A DNA stretch of 64,000 nt. Origin: Octopus sinensis. Lineage: Eukaryota. Positions 24,136 to 36,159 of this stretch are shown here, piece after piece. A program made the position numbers and the translations under genes. Position 1 is the stretch's first letter. The number at the start of each line of letters is the position of its first letter. The notes under the pieces were generated by a model. It saw only the letters and a list, made by a program, of their open reading frames with translations, had not been told where the DNA came from and searched no databases. Where the stretch lies: NCBI RefSeq assembly GCF_006345805.1, contig NC_042997.1:154876001-154940000 (forward strand), written 5' to 3'.

Positions 24136-27100
24136 AAGACATACCGACATACAGACAGGCAGACAGATAGACAGGGGTATGTATGTATGTGTGCATATCT
24201 ATATGTATGTATGTGTGTATGTGTTTGTGTTTGTGACTTACTGAGTGAACTAGAGCAATGTGAAACCAAGTGTCTTGCTCAAGAACACAACACACTGCCC
24301 GGTTCAGGAATTGAAACCACAATCTTATGATCAAGAGTCCAACACCCTAACTACTAAACCATGTGCCTCTTCTGCCTTAGGAGTTACAACACCAATAACA
24401 TACATATGCTGTGTTATGCACACACAACTGCACATGTGTATATACATACGCACTCACACATATATATATATCATCATCATCATCATCATCATCATCGTCG
24501 TCGTCGTCATTTAACATCCATTTTCCATTGCTTGACAACTGGTGTTGGTTTGCTTATGTTTCAGTAAATTAGCGGTTCGGCAAAAGAGAGCGATGGAATA
24601 AGTAACAGGCTTTTAAAAAAAAATAGTTCTGAGGTCAATTCTTTCGACCAAAACCATTCAAGGCGTACTCTCATTTTGAAACTATTTTCAATGAGTTTTT
24701 TTCATTCTTCTAGATCCCAACAGATCTATGTCCTTTCTAGAGTGTTCTTGGTGATGTACCTCATATGATACATTCATAGACCTGCTTTTCTCTTCTATCA
24801 AATCCTTTGTCCTCGGTGTCAACTTAAATAAATTAATACATGTTGAATTCTAATCTGTTGGCTTAACAAAGCTGATATGTCAAGTAAACTGATGTCTTAG
24901 CAAAGCTAACATCCATTCCTTCTAGCAGATTACAAATGGAAACTTCATAAATATTTATGTGCATTTATCAACGATATAATAATGAAACTAATCGTAAGAT
25001 AACACTTGAGCAAACCAAAATGTAATACCATGATTAACAATTGCGAATACAAATATTAGTTATATAATTGGTTATATTTATTGCTTAGCTGTAATGCATT
25101 TGGCAATAATACTGTGACTAATATAATACAGTAACTATATATATATATATAGATAGATATATATATTTTATACACACACACACACACCACACACACACAC
25201 ACACACATAAGTATAATCCCTTTTATGATATTAGATTTAACGTTTGGTTGAAATGGGAAGGCATTTCATATAATGATACTTTCACACAGACATAACGTTT
25301 AGTCGTCACTTTAACTTCATTTACAAAGGATATGGCCAAAGACATCAAGCATGGTGCAATCTCTTAACCTAAGAGTGAAATATTAAATGAACTGTAGATG
25401 GTTTCCCTGAGCTAGCTATTCTATCAACAATTCTATATTTTTATGCTTCCTCAATAGATATGGAGTTTTAGCCCTTTAAAACTGGATGTATATGCATTAA
25501 AGTATCTACAGTCGGCCTTGTTCGAGGAGTTCTTTGATTTAAGGTTTTGCAGCCGTAGCCACCTCGTCGTTTTGGGAGCAATTAGATCTACAGTATCCCT
25601 CCTGAAGATGGAATTGTGTGATTTGGAAAAGATTTAAGTTCTGTTTCTAGCAGGTCGAGCGACTACGAGGCTTCCTCGTTGGCTCATTACTCTTTCTGTG
25701 AATTCCGAAAGCTGTAATTCTGCAAATTACTAGAGATGCATCGACATAATTTTTTAGTGGTGAAAATGTTTTGATTTGTTTTCTTTTAACGTGGAGTAAC
25801 ATTGTGATGATAATGGACAGGTGGTCAGAGAAAATTCGGGTAATTATTTGCCGTTGTGCAGAGAAAGTTTTAAAAAACCACTCTCAACTACATTGACATG
25901 ACACATTGAAAAATATTCAAAAAAGAAAACGATTCGCGTAAAGAATTATAACGCTTGTAGGTGATCAACAATTATCCACAAAAACATGAAGTAAAAAACA
26001 ATGTTCTTTGACGGCACACAAAGAATAAGGTCGATATAGCTCGTAGGATGAGTTCCTGGATCTAATGGAAATTATAAGCTGAAAGGGTGAAGGTGTGAGA
26101 TAAGTGGAAGTACTGTATTATTATAGTTAGTTGGAGGGTTAAAAAGTGCATGGGCACTTCACCGTTGTACTTCTGACTTGAGGCATAAAAAACTCTTGAC
26201 AACTGGTACTAACTAGTTTGTTTATACCAAGAACCTTAGTAGCTCGGTCAAAGATGGTGGTAGTATAAGTACCAGACTTTAAAATAATAAGTACTGAGTT
26301 CGATTTGTTTTCGACTAAATCCTTAAAAGGCATAAACCCCTTATGGCTGCAGTCCAATAACTGAAACATGTAAAAGATAAAAGATATAATTCCGGGGTAT
26401 GAATGTTTTTTTCATAAACTTGTTGCATTCATTAAGTCACAACTAGAACCACCGCCTGCCGGATGTAAAGAAGAGAAATTTGGACTTTACCCAGCTTATG
26501 TACAATTGTAGCAACAAAGCCATAATTATATAAGTGTACATTTTATGTTTCACCTTTCGATGAAAACTGCGATCACATTTACATAGCGTATCCTTGCATT
26601 ATTCGATCATTATTCTAATTACAAAAAATATTAAATGAACCGAGACATAACAGGCATCGGAATGTTTTGGAATATTTTTATATCATTAAAGTTGGCTACG
26701 AAATGTAAATACAGGATAAGTTAATTTTGTGAATATTTTAGAAAAAGACACACAGTTTAAACTCTCGTTGTCTCTATTTTTAACGGTAATTTTGTATCAT
26801 TTTTCTTTTTTCTACACCACTGTCATGAAATATATCATATTTAATAACAAATTTACATGAAAAGACTTTGTTGTAAATATACAAGGATGGATGATGGAAA
26901 ATGAAACATATTTAATAGTCGCTGATGCGGAAGAAAATCGATTTTAATTTCATGTTGTTACAAGCTTGATCCATGGGTGTTAATTGGGAAAATATGATAC
27001 ATATTTATTGATTACATTTAACAATGCAGAAACAATTTGCATTAGCAAATAAGGAAGACTGCACGTAAAAATTTTGGGATTGGTTTGACCGAAATTGAAG

Positions 27101-27418
27101 GAATCGAAAAATAATGATGCAAGTATGTACCTTGCTCTGTATCTGTATAAGTGTCCGTTGAAAGTGGGGTAGTGACAAGAATGCTCGAACCTTTAATACC
27201 GAGTTTGCAAATCAGGTTCGATCCAAAATTAAATATAACTCAAACCACTAAACCAGAGTAAGCGAGTAAAATATCTTTATCCTCTCATACACGCATATAT
27301 ATAATATATAGTATTATATATAATATATATATATATAGTATATATATATATATGTATAATATATATATATTATATATATATATATATATATTATGTATAA
27401 TATATATATATTATATAT

Positions 27419-27450
<32 letters not shown>

Positions 27451-27465
27451 ATATATTATATATAT

Positions 27466-27502
<37 letters not shown>

Positions 27503-27507
27503 ATATA

Positions 27508-27552
<45 letters not shown>

Positions 27553-27950
27553 CACTTTATCATTATTGTTTTAAAGATAATGATAATCTATTTGAATTTT
27601 GAATTTATATTTGCTCGCTAATGTTCGTTCGGAAGTCGTGGGGTCTTCAGCTGAAGAGATGCGCAAGGAGAGATAAATATTTTTTTTTTTAATTGTTTAT
27701 GTATTAAGCCTAGCTGATAAGCTTTAAGTGTCAATTCGGCACAGAAAGCGAAATCAGTTGATACGGAGATATCTATCCTCCCCTTTATAGTTCTACAATT
27801 GGGAACGACCATTTTTCTAAATTTATTTGCTACGTTCTCCGTGCGTGTTTACATATAGCGAGAGATGCGTGGTTTTAGAGAGTTCTAACACTTCTTTCAA
27901 ACAAACAGGTACATATTGCACCTTGACTTTTAATATATATATATATATAC

Positions 27951-27983
<33 letters not shown>

Positions 27984-28045
27984 CCCTGTAATTCACATAT
28001 GCAGAACAGAAGGAATAGATAACGAAAACGAAGTCTGGCGGTTAT

Positions 28046-28158
28046 CTGTGAACATCATGTTTCTGGATTATAAACATATTGAATATATATTCCATATATA
28101 TTTTTGATATATATTTCATATACATTGCATATATATTTCACATCCTTCTTCAGCACAG
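28046..28158 (-). ncRNA. Type I hammerhead motif with long stem II (monomer copy 1)
   Basis: CUGUG-CUGAAGA-A GGAU...AUCC A-GAA-ACA uga UGU-U-CACAG. Confidence 0.65.
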
Positions 28159-28667
28159 CTTTCCATTGAAAAAGATTTATCATAGATTTATCAAATGCTA
28201 CGTACCTCAAACCTTCTGACCATGCGACATCAAAATATTCGAAGAAAGTGAGCAAAAGCTAAACCTACATAGACGTTTGAATTCGTAAATCTTCCCTCCA
28301 AAATTTTGCCATGCGCACTACAAAAATAGTTCCATAAGATGGGGAACCATTAGGTTGTCATAAGGGAGTGAAAAATCCAAATAGTAATATAATAATAAGA
28401 GTAAATAATTTCTATAAAGGCTTTTAAAAAACCCCAATTATTTACTGGTAGAATTCGGTATGTAAATATAGCCGATTATCGGCAGGAACTTCTGTAAAGT
28501 TCAGTATATATATTGTATATAAGAAAAAGGGACAGGCAAACAGGTTGCTTGACCGCATACCGAAAAAATAGAAATAGCAGTCAAGAATGCTTATTTCTAT
28601 CAAAGTTGGACTCCGGGCATGACAAACCCTGTAATTCACATATGCAAAACAGAAGGAATAGATAACG

Positions 28668-28780
28668 CTGTGCTGAAGAAGGATGTGAAATATATATGCA
28701 ATGTATATGAAATATATATCAAAAATATATATGGAATATATATTCAATATGTTTATAATCCAGAAACATGATGTTCATAG
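28668..28780 (+). ncRNA. Type I hammerhead motif with long stem II (monomer copy 2)
   Basis: Same motif; stem I is CUGUG/CAUAG with one G-U pair. Predicted cleavage 28775/28776. Confidence 0.65.
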
Positions 28781-29312
28781 ATAACCGCCAGACTTCGTTT
28801 TCGTTATCTATTCCTTCTGTTTTGCATATGTGAATTACAGGGTTTGTCATGCCCGGAGTCCAACTTTGATAGAAATAAGCATTCTTGACTGCTATTTCTA
28901 TTTTTTCGGTATGCGGTCAAGCAACCTGTTTGCCTGTCCCTTTTTCTTATATACAATATATATACTGAACTTTACAGAAGTTCCTGCCGATAATCGGCTA
29001 TATTTACATACCGAATTCTACCAGTAAATAATTGGAGTTTTTTTAAAAGCCTTTATAGAAATTATTTACTCTTATTATTATATTACTATTTGGATTTTTC
29101 ACTCCCTTATGACAACCTAATGGTTCCCCATCTTATGGAACTATTTTTGTAGTGCGCATGGCAAAATTTTGGAGGGAAGATTTACGAATTCAACGTCTAT
29201 GTAGGTTTAGCTTTTGCTCACTTTCTTCAAATATTTTTATGTGTCGCATGGTCAGAAGGTTTGAGGTACGTAGCATTTGATAAATCTATGATAAATCTTT
29301 TTCAATGGAAAG

Positions 29313-29423
29313 CTGTGCTGAAGAAGGATGTGAAATATATATGCAATGTTATGAAATATAATCAAAAATATATATGGAATATATATTCAATATGTTTATA
29401 ATCCAGAAACATGATGTTCACAG
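29313..29423 (+). ncRNA. Type I hammerhead motif with long stem II (monomer copy 3)
   Basis: Perfect 5-bp stem I CUGUG/CACAG. Predicted cleavage 29418/29419. Confidence 0.65.
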
Positions 29424-29831
29424 ATAACCGCCAGACTTCGTTTTCGTTATCTATTCCTTCTGTTTTGCATATGTGAATTACAGGGTTTGTCATGCCCGGA
29501 GTCCAACTTTGATAGAAATAAGCATTCTTGACTGCTATTTCTCTTTTTTTTCGGTAGGCGGTCAAGCAACCTGTTTGCCTGTCCCTTTTTCTTATATACA
29601 ATATATATACTGAACTTTACAGAAGTTCCTGCCGATAATCGGCTATATTTACATACCGAATTCTACCAGTAAATAATTGGGTTTTTTTTAAAAGCCTTTA
29701 TAGAAATTATTTACTCTTATTATTATATATATATATATATATATAGTTAATCCAAACAAGAAAACACAACAACGCGAGGACGTGGAACAAGTATAGTGTT
29801 ATTGGACGCTCTGGAAAGGAAAGAAATAAGA

Positions 29832-29862
<31 letters not shown>

Positions 29863-29864
29863 TA

Positions 29865-31064
29865 TCCACGATCTTCATGAAACAGTGTGCCGAGTGACAT
29901 TGCTGTGTTTACTTCGCAAGTTGTGAAATTTGTGAAATTTTGTAATCACGTGTATTTTTTCATGGACAGGAAGTTGTAACAAAGAGCCAACGTGAAATTT
30001 TGCGTTAAACTTGGGAAGCCTGCTACAGAGACATTGAGCATACGTCGACAAGCTTACAGTGACAAGGCAATGGGTTGTACGCAATGTTTCGTGTGGCATG
30101 GGCGCTTCGAAAGCGTAAGAACGTTACTGGAAGGCAACGAGCGGTCTGGAGGACCTGCCATGAGCATCACCTACGGAAATGTAGAGAAAATTCAGCAGCT
30201 ATGCATGAGAATCGTCGAAGGACAATCAACGACATTGCAGATGTTGTCGGTCTGTCGTATTGGTCCACGCAAACCATCCTGAATTGAACATACGGCGTGT
30301 CTCAGCCAACTTTGTACCCGTCTGCTGACCGCTAAGCAGAAAGAACATCACATCGAAGTTCTGTCAAAATCTCTGTTTGCGTACCGCTGACGACCTGTTC
30401 TTCATGTCGAAGATAATCACCGGTGACTTGAGGTGAGTCTACGAGCAAGACCCAGGGACGAATTAGCAGTCGTCACAACGGAAGAGGACTTCATCTCCAC
30501 GACCGAAGAAGGCATGACTGAGCTTCAGCTCAATCAAGAGCATGCTCATCGTTTATTTATTCGACATCTGCGGTATTGTGCATCGAGAATTCGTCCCCCT
30601 GGGCCAAACCGTCAATTGAGAGTTCTGCTGCAACGTTTTGAAGCGTTTGAGGGGGTATATTCAGCGAAAGCGACCGGATCTGTGGATCGCGAAGCATTGG
30701 AGTCTTCAGGCGCCAATGCAATCTATCATTGAGCTCTCCTCATTTTTGAATTTCTCGCCAAAAACAACATGGCATCGCTTCCACATTCGCCCTATTCGCC
30801 ATCTTTTCCACAAGATCAAAATGCTGCTCAAAGGTCGTCGTTTTAAACACCGTTGTCGTGATCAAGAGTGAATCACAGAAGTCCCTCGACTCGCTTACGA
30901 AAAATGACTTCCAGGCCGGATTTCAAAAGTGGCAAGAATGCTGGGCTGGGACCGGTATATTGCTGCGCAAGGTGACTATTTCGAAGGAGATTATGCCAAA
31001 ACTTAGGTAAATAAATTATTTTTATTAAACAGGACTAGTCCGGGAACCTTTTGTTACCACCTTG
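29865..31064 (+). mobile_element. Decayed mariner transposon, 5' TIR missing
   Basis: QRANVKFCVKLGKPATETL...QAY..AM..TQCF.WH.RF HTH region; later HSPYSP-like and KWQECW-like segments; 3' end ...GTTACCACCTTG plus TA. Many stops and frameshifts. Confidence 0.88.
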
Positions 31065-32034
31065 TATAATAAGAACATTTCTTGTAGTGTACTGTAGTGT
31101 GGGTGCTACGAGTAAACCGAACTTGGGAATGTTGGATTCATATATTTTAAAATCAAAACAGCGAAAGGTTGAAAGACTGAAAGCTCCGGATGGAGAATTT
31201 TGAAATATTGTAGCGGAAAATAAAGTGGTAAACAGCCTCAGAAAACATTCATTTGCAGTTTTGAAAAGGTTTTTATTACAACATATTTTGCTTTATTGTG
31301 CTACGTCAGAATATCAAAAGCAAGCGAGATAGAGTATGAACATCACAAAAAATATTTATTTATAGAAGTATATTATAAGAATATGATATCGAAGACATAA
31401 GCAAAAACTGAAATAGTTTATTTATTAATACTTCCATTTTTTAAAATTCTCTCATTATTGGATAGTTTCTCTTCTCTTCTTTTAATACAAACATAAAGAA
31501 ATCAAACGATTGAAAGACCGAGTTATTTTATGTCGTTATTATGAAGTGAAAAAGTTACAGCGAAGGGAGATAAGCAAGTACACCAGTCTATCAATAATCA
31601 ACTTGTTAATGGTTTGATAAGTTTGTTCTGTATTTAAAAAAAGAAGAGAAATGTTTAATAATGAGAGAATTTAAAGAAGGGAGTATACGATAAACTATTT
31701 AAGTTTTACCTAATGTCTTCGATATCGTATCCCTCCAACATACTTTTGTTATTGTTTTGTAAGTAAATATGCTCACTATATCTCACATGCTGTTATTTTT
31801 ATATAGCATAATAGAAAAAAAGGTAAATGTTATATGTTTCCCAAAGAAACCCGTTTTAAACCGTATATAAATGTTCTGAAGAGCATTTTCCCTTTTATTC
31901 TTCCCTGAAATAGTTTATAGAATGGCACAGTAAAAAAAGAGTACTCATGTTATGATTCTCAAACTCCGTGTAAAAACTACCGTTTTTATCTTTTTATGAA
32001 GTGGATATTCTGACATAGCATAAAAAGATACATG

Positions 32035-32195
32035 TTCTTTTCTACTCTAGGCACAAAGCCCGAGATTTTTCGGGCGAGCCAGTCAATAAGATCGACTTCA
32101 GTACGCAACTGGTACTTAATTTATCTACCCCGATAGGATAAAAGGAAAAGTCGACCTCGGCGGAATTTTAACACTGAATGTATAAGCATTTCGCG
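32035..32195 (-). mobile_element. SINE S1 fragment
   Basis: GTCGACCTCGGCGGAATTT and CTGGTACTTAATTT motifs. Confidence 0.75.
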
Positions 32196-32398
32196 GCCTT
32201 ATCATAAGATATATGTTAAAATAAGTTTTACATATAAACACCCTTTAAAACTATGGATAAAAGGTTTTTAAAGGCCAATTTTCATATTTTCCCTCAAAAT
32301 ACTTTAAAATTCGGTGTTCTGAGTACTTGATATTTCAAGCTTTCGGTACTCTGATTTTTAGTTCTTTTGAATTTTGCCTTTCGCATTTGCTCTTTACT

Positions 32399-32442
<44 letters not shown>

Positions 32443-32552
32443 TATGTGTGTATGTATGAATATATATTTATGAATGTATGTAAGTGTGTGTGTATGTATG
32501 TATCCAAAAGAGTTATAGCGAAAGGAATGCATAAATCAGCAGAACATTGTTA

Positions 32553-33240
32553 TTCACTGGTGTACGTCGTTCAAATTTTATGTTGCTGGAGTAACTCCTC
32601 CTTTATACAAAGATATTATTCAACATAGTTTCCATCAGAAGCGATACATTTGCACAATCGTTGGAGCCAACTCTCGGATCCTCATTGAAGATTATTCAGG
32701 TGAACACTGTTGTGACCATTTCCTCACAGACACTTCGCTTCGTCTGTCTCGTGAAATTGTTGCCACCGTGAACTCGCCTTCAATAGACCAAACAGATGGG
32801 AGATGGAGGACGCCAGAACCAGTGAATGAAGGACCACTAACCAGTGCACAATGCTTGTTGCCTTTCTTTCCAAAGATGAACGTAGTCATGCATTGTTATA
32901 GTAAATGCTGATAGTTTCAGATCCATGAGTTTTTGAGTCTCTCAATGCACCGGTTGCTGTTCACAGTACAACCACGATTCCGAAAATCAAGAACAATGAT
33001 GCCGTATCATTGAAAAATCAGTACCATAGCTTTCTATGCCGATCGCTGGCTCTTGAACTTCTTAGGCTTTGAAGATGTCTGAAGCAATTCCATAGGCTGT
33101 GTTTTTGTTTCCTGATCCAAAAGGTACAGCCGCGTTTCAGTCTTTGTCACGAGACTAGATAAAAAAGTGTGTCATCACTAGTTCAAATGCATCCAGCAGA
33201 TCAAATAGACTTCTACCACATGCTTTAAGCACGCTTTCCG
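32553..33240 (-). mobile_element. Highly decayed mariner transposase 3' half
   Basis: Minus frames give LVTKTETRLYLLDQETKTQ, PKKFKSQRSA, YGIIVLDF and CKCIASDGNYVE*. Confidence 0.75.
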
Positions 33241-34038
33241 ATCTCCAAAATGTTTCCATTATCTGAATTACATTGTGAATGCATATCGAATTTCTGAGAG
33301 AGAGAGAAAGAAAGAGAATCACTTAAAGTTACATATAAATATTGCAAAATGCTTTCGTTTGGGGCACAACCCATTCTGTCATTCACTACTCTGAATAGTA
33401 ACTATACTATTTATTAACAGGAACAAGCTAATAATTCGAGTTAAAGAAGTATAGTCGAACTAACTACATCACTGGCACTTTATTGCATCAATTCGGGAAG
33501 AAGAACGGAAAACGTTGACTCGAGCACGGCTTGAACTCAGAACGACTTAAACTCCCTGCTCTACCAATTTTGCTAACCTGATAATTTTAGTTTTGGTCAA
33601 ATTCACTTCTACATGTTTTTGTTTGAGCAGGGAATAGTTGATTAAATGTACCCTAGTATGTGGCTGGTACCTTATTTTACTATCCCCGAACCGATAAAAG
33701 ATTAAGGTGACCTTGACAGAATGTGAACTCAGGAAAGGAACGCAATTAAAATCATAAAGAATTTTGTTTGACCCTCAGCGAATTTCTCCAATATGCCATC
33801 CTTTATGTTGCCTAATATTTTAAAGGACATTGAGAGAATAGTTAAAGTATCGGACACTGTTTGCGATATCAAGCTACGTATATTTTTGCATTTTCTCTCG
33901 TCATCTAAATTCAAATCCCATCGATGTCAACTTTGCCTTCTTTCCTTCGGTGTCCGATAAAATAAAATTACAAGTAATCCACTCTAATTTTCTCCAAAAT
34001 GTGTTCCAGTGTTAGAAATTAATATTGAATTGAATGAA

Positions 34039-34632
34039 GGCGTCGAGCTAGCAGAAACGTTAGCACACCGGCTGATATGCGTAGCCGTATTTCGTCTGCC
34101 ATCACGTTCTGAGTTCAAATTCCGCCGAGGTCGACATTGTCTTTCATCCTTTCGCGGTCGATAAATTAAGTACCAGTTACGCACTGGGGTCGATGTAATC
34201 GACTTAATCCGTTTGTCTGTCCTTGTTTATCCCCTCTGTGTTTAGCCCCTTGTGGGTAGTAAAGAAGTAGGTATTTTGTCCGTCTTTACGTTCTGAATTC
34301 AAATTTCGCCGAGGTTGGTGGATAAGATAAGGAACAGTCAAGCACTGGGATCGATGTAGTCGACTTATCCTCGGCCCCGAAATTGCTGGCCTTGTATCAA
34401 ATATTTGAAACTAATATTTTTTTAATTGAATGAAGGGTGCAAGCGCGCAGAATCGTTAGCACGCCGAGCAGAATGCTTAGCAGCATGTCATCCATCTTTC
34501 CGCTCTGAGTTCGAATTTCACCGAGGTCAGCTTTGCCTTTCATCCTTTCGGGTTCGATAAAATAAGCACCAGTGGAACATTGGAGTTGTTGTAATCGACT
34601 TACCCCCGCTCCCTGGACTTGTTGAAACCAAT
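34039..34632 (+). mobile_element. SINE S1 dimer (34039-34412) followed by a further copy (34437-34632)
   Basis: A and B boxes and the central S1 motif on the plus strand. Confidence 0.85.
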
Positions 34633-35456
34633 ATTATTTGAATAACTGGATGTTTTTTGTTATATATTGGGAAGATCATTATGCTAATAGTAAATACAAG
34701 AATTGGTTCTATTTCCCTTTTCTATAATTCGTTAACCAATTAACTAATTGACTGTTTGACTAATCATTCAGTTAATCAATCAGTTATGTTTGTCAAAGCC
34801 CTTTCGTTACAATTCGCCATCTTCAGTGACATGCCTTCTTACTCCAGGCTAATTTCAGATCTCTTCAAGACTGAATGCTATTTTCCTTCAATCTTAAAGT
34901 AGCTTTACAATTATTCTGAATATGAATCTTAACCATTGAAACCTAACACTTTAATTTCAAAAACCAGATGAAACACTTTAGAATTCAGGTAAATCGCAAA
35001 CATGTGGTTCTAGGCTCAATCCTTTTTTAATTATAGGATTTTTTTTTCCTTTTTAAGTTGTTTGGGAGGATACTGCATATTGTTATTGTCTTGCTATGCT
35101 GTATGTCAAATGAAAATATCAAAATTTTCCGCTAAAACATTTCCACTTCCCAAAGCTATATAAACCATGATTCAAATCAAATATTGTAATGTTTTAGAGA
35201 GATAGTTTCTCCCTTTTCCCCATTTATGTTGTTACGTCCTTCTAGCTAGCTATTGCTTTCGTTATACTTGGCTTTGTTTTTAGAAAATGTTTTTCCATAA
35301 TGTTTCAAATGTTTCTTTTGTGGGTAACTGATCAACTTTTATGTTGTTACCGCATATTGTTCTACAGAAATTTTGCGAAATGGTTTCAAAAGCATAGTTT
35401 TGAGATTACCGCTTCTCTCGAATGCAATAGCTTTTTCACTGATTGTTTAAAGTCGA

Positions 35457-35546
<90 letters not shown>

Positions 35547-36159
35547 CATATCGCCATTTTGTTGTCTTGTTGTTGCTGTTACTATTTGAGTTCTTGCTGT
35601 TGTTCTCCTTTGACGTGAACAAGTGTGTTCTCTAGAGCTCCTTTTGCCAAGTTTAATGGATGATAAATGCTTTTGCTTCTCGTTTTTCATTCTGAAATAC
35701 TGACAAAAGCTTTCGATTAAGAATTCACCCCAATTCCCTATGGTAGAAAATGTTTGTTTTAACATTATTTTCTACATTTAATGTATGTATTGCTTCTATC
35801 GGCAGTTTGCAAAATTTAGTAGCACAGGAAGTTACATAAGAAGGGAGATGTTGTTACAATTGTAGTGTACAGATATGAAAGAAGTGTCTTTGTTGAAGGT
35901 AAAATGTTTTAGTAAATAAATTTTCCCATATCTGGTAGTTTCCAGAATTTCAGCAGTAAAAGCATGATTGGAAAGATTACAAGCGAGTACTGAGGCATTG
36001 CTTTAAAGTTGTTGTTTTTTGTTTGATGTATGTTCATCTTCTCCACTGTGCTAATATAGCCTCAACTGCACCCATTAATAAATTAACTAGTTTGATCTTT
36101 ACTACTACCATCGTGTAGTCTGTCTTCATGCTCTCGAGTTCCACAATATATGATAGAGC

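Larger units (their letters stand above)
27984..29727. mobile_element. Non-coding 645-bp-monomer concatemer: ~1.06 units inverted (27984-28666) plus ~1.65 units direct (28667-29727), (TA)n on both sides; retrozyme-like
   Basis: GCTGTGCTGAAGAAGG recurs at 28667 and 29312 (period 645). The left part is the reverse complement of the same monomer, circularly permuted. No meaningful ORF. Confidence 0.9.

Noticed and set aside
25630-25685. CTGTTTCTAGCAGGTCGAGCGAC repeat (also near 56500-56545, minus) resembling the GCTATTTCTA motif
   Set aside because: It lacks the TTCRGTRTGYGG part and an upstream HHR; treated as an unrelated repeat tail.
26430-26510. Short protein-like frame FIKSQLEPPPAGCKEEKFGLYPAYVQL
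   Set aside because: Under 35 codons, weak splice signals and no recognisable family.
27984-29727. CRISPR-like or satellite interpretation of the repeated units
   Set aside because: No short repeat with unique spacers; the units are 645-bp near-identical copies, fewer than three, and partly inverted.
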